A stretch of DNA of 62,971 nucleotides, counting the filler, from Rhabdomonas costata (lineage: Eukaryota): NCBI GenBank assembly GCA_019059605.1. It is 31 parts of 31 records of this genome, joined end to end, with 100 filler letters (N's around TTAATTAATTAA, not from the genome) between each part and the next. Parts side by side here need not be neighbours in the genome. Positions count along the whole stretch, not along the records: positions 61,038 to 62,971 come from JAHMHO010007240.1; 30 more parts are not named here. One strand, 5' to 3'. Positions 62,970 to 62,971 of this stretch are shown one piece after another; position 1 is the first letter of the stretch; every line of letters begins with the position of its first letter. The translations under genes and the position numbers were made by a program. A model generated the notes under the pieces. The model saw nothing but the letters and a program-made list of their open reading frames with translations. It was not told where the DNA came from and did not search any database.

Positions 62970-62971
62970 GG

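Overview
This window is not one locus. It is 31 unrelated ~1.93-kb contigs joined by 30 artificial 100-bp linkers (N44-TTAATTAATTAA-N44). G/T-only 5' ends, C/A-only 3' ends and terminal fold-back repeats point to whole-genome-amplified (single-cell type) DNA. Most contigs are nuclear DNA of an intron-rich protist. All introns I could reconstruct are GT-AG with a very relaxed donor; a euglenozoan/euglenid host is my inference and is unproven. Spliced gene fragments I could reconstruct: eIF4G-like (MA3+W2), tandem EDR2_C/DUF1336, RRM protein, disintegrin-repeat protein, PIP5K, NRPS-like carrier+thioester reductase, GT92 glycosyltransferase, glutaminyl cyclase, UBA-PNGase, EXD1-like exonuclease, AFG2/SPATA5 AAA ATPase, ABCG/PDR transporter and PI synthase. 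Two things stand out. (1) Contigs 54942-56873 and 56974-58905 share GA-GC-GNA-GC-GA mini-hairpin repeats and carry degenerate cob-like and nad5-like segments, with Thr/Pro/His codons where Ile/Leu/Tyr are expected. These are candidate C-to-U-edited mitochondrial cryptogenes, or oddly decayed NUMTs. (2) AT-rich, intronless contig 34587-36520 looks viral: two paralogous ORFs with an identical 33-bp upstream motif, AT hairpins after all three ORFs, and a fibre-like ORF. All protein family calls are by-eye motif recognition; no searches were run.
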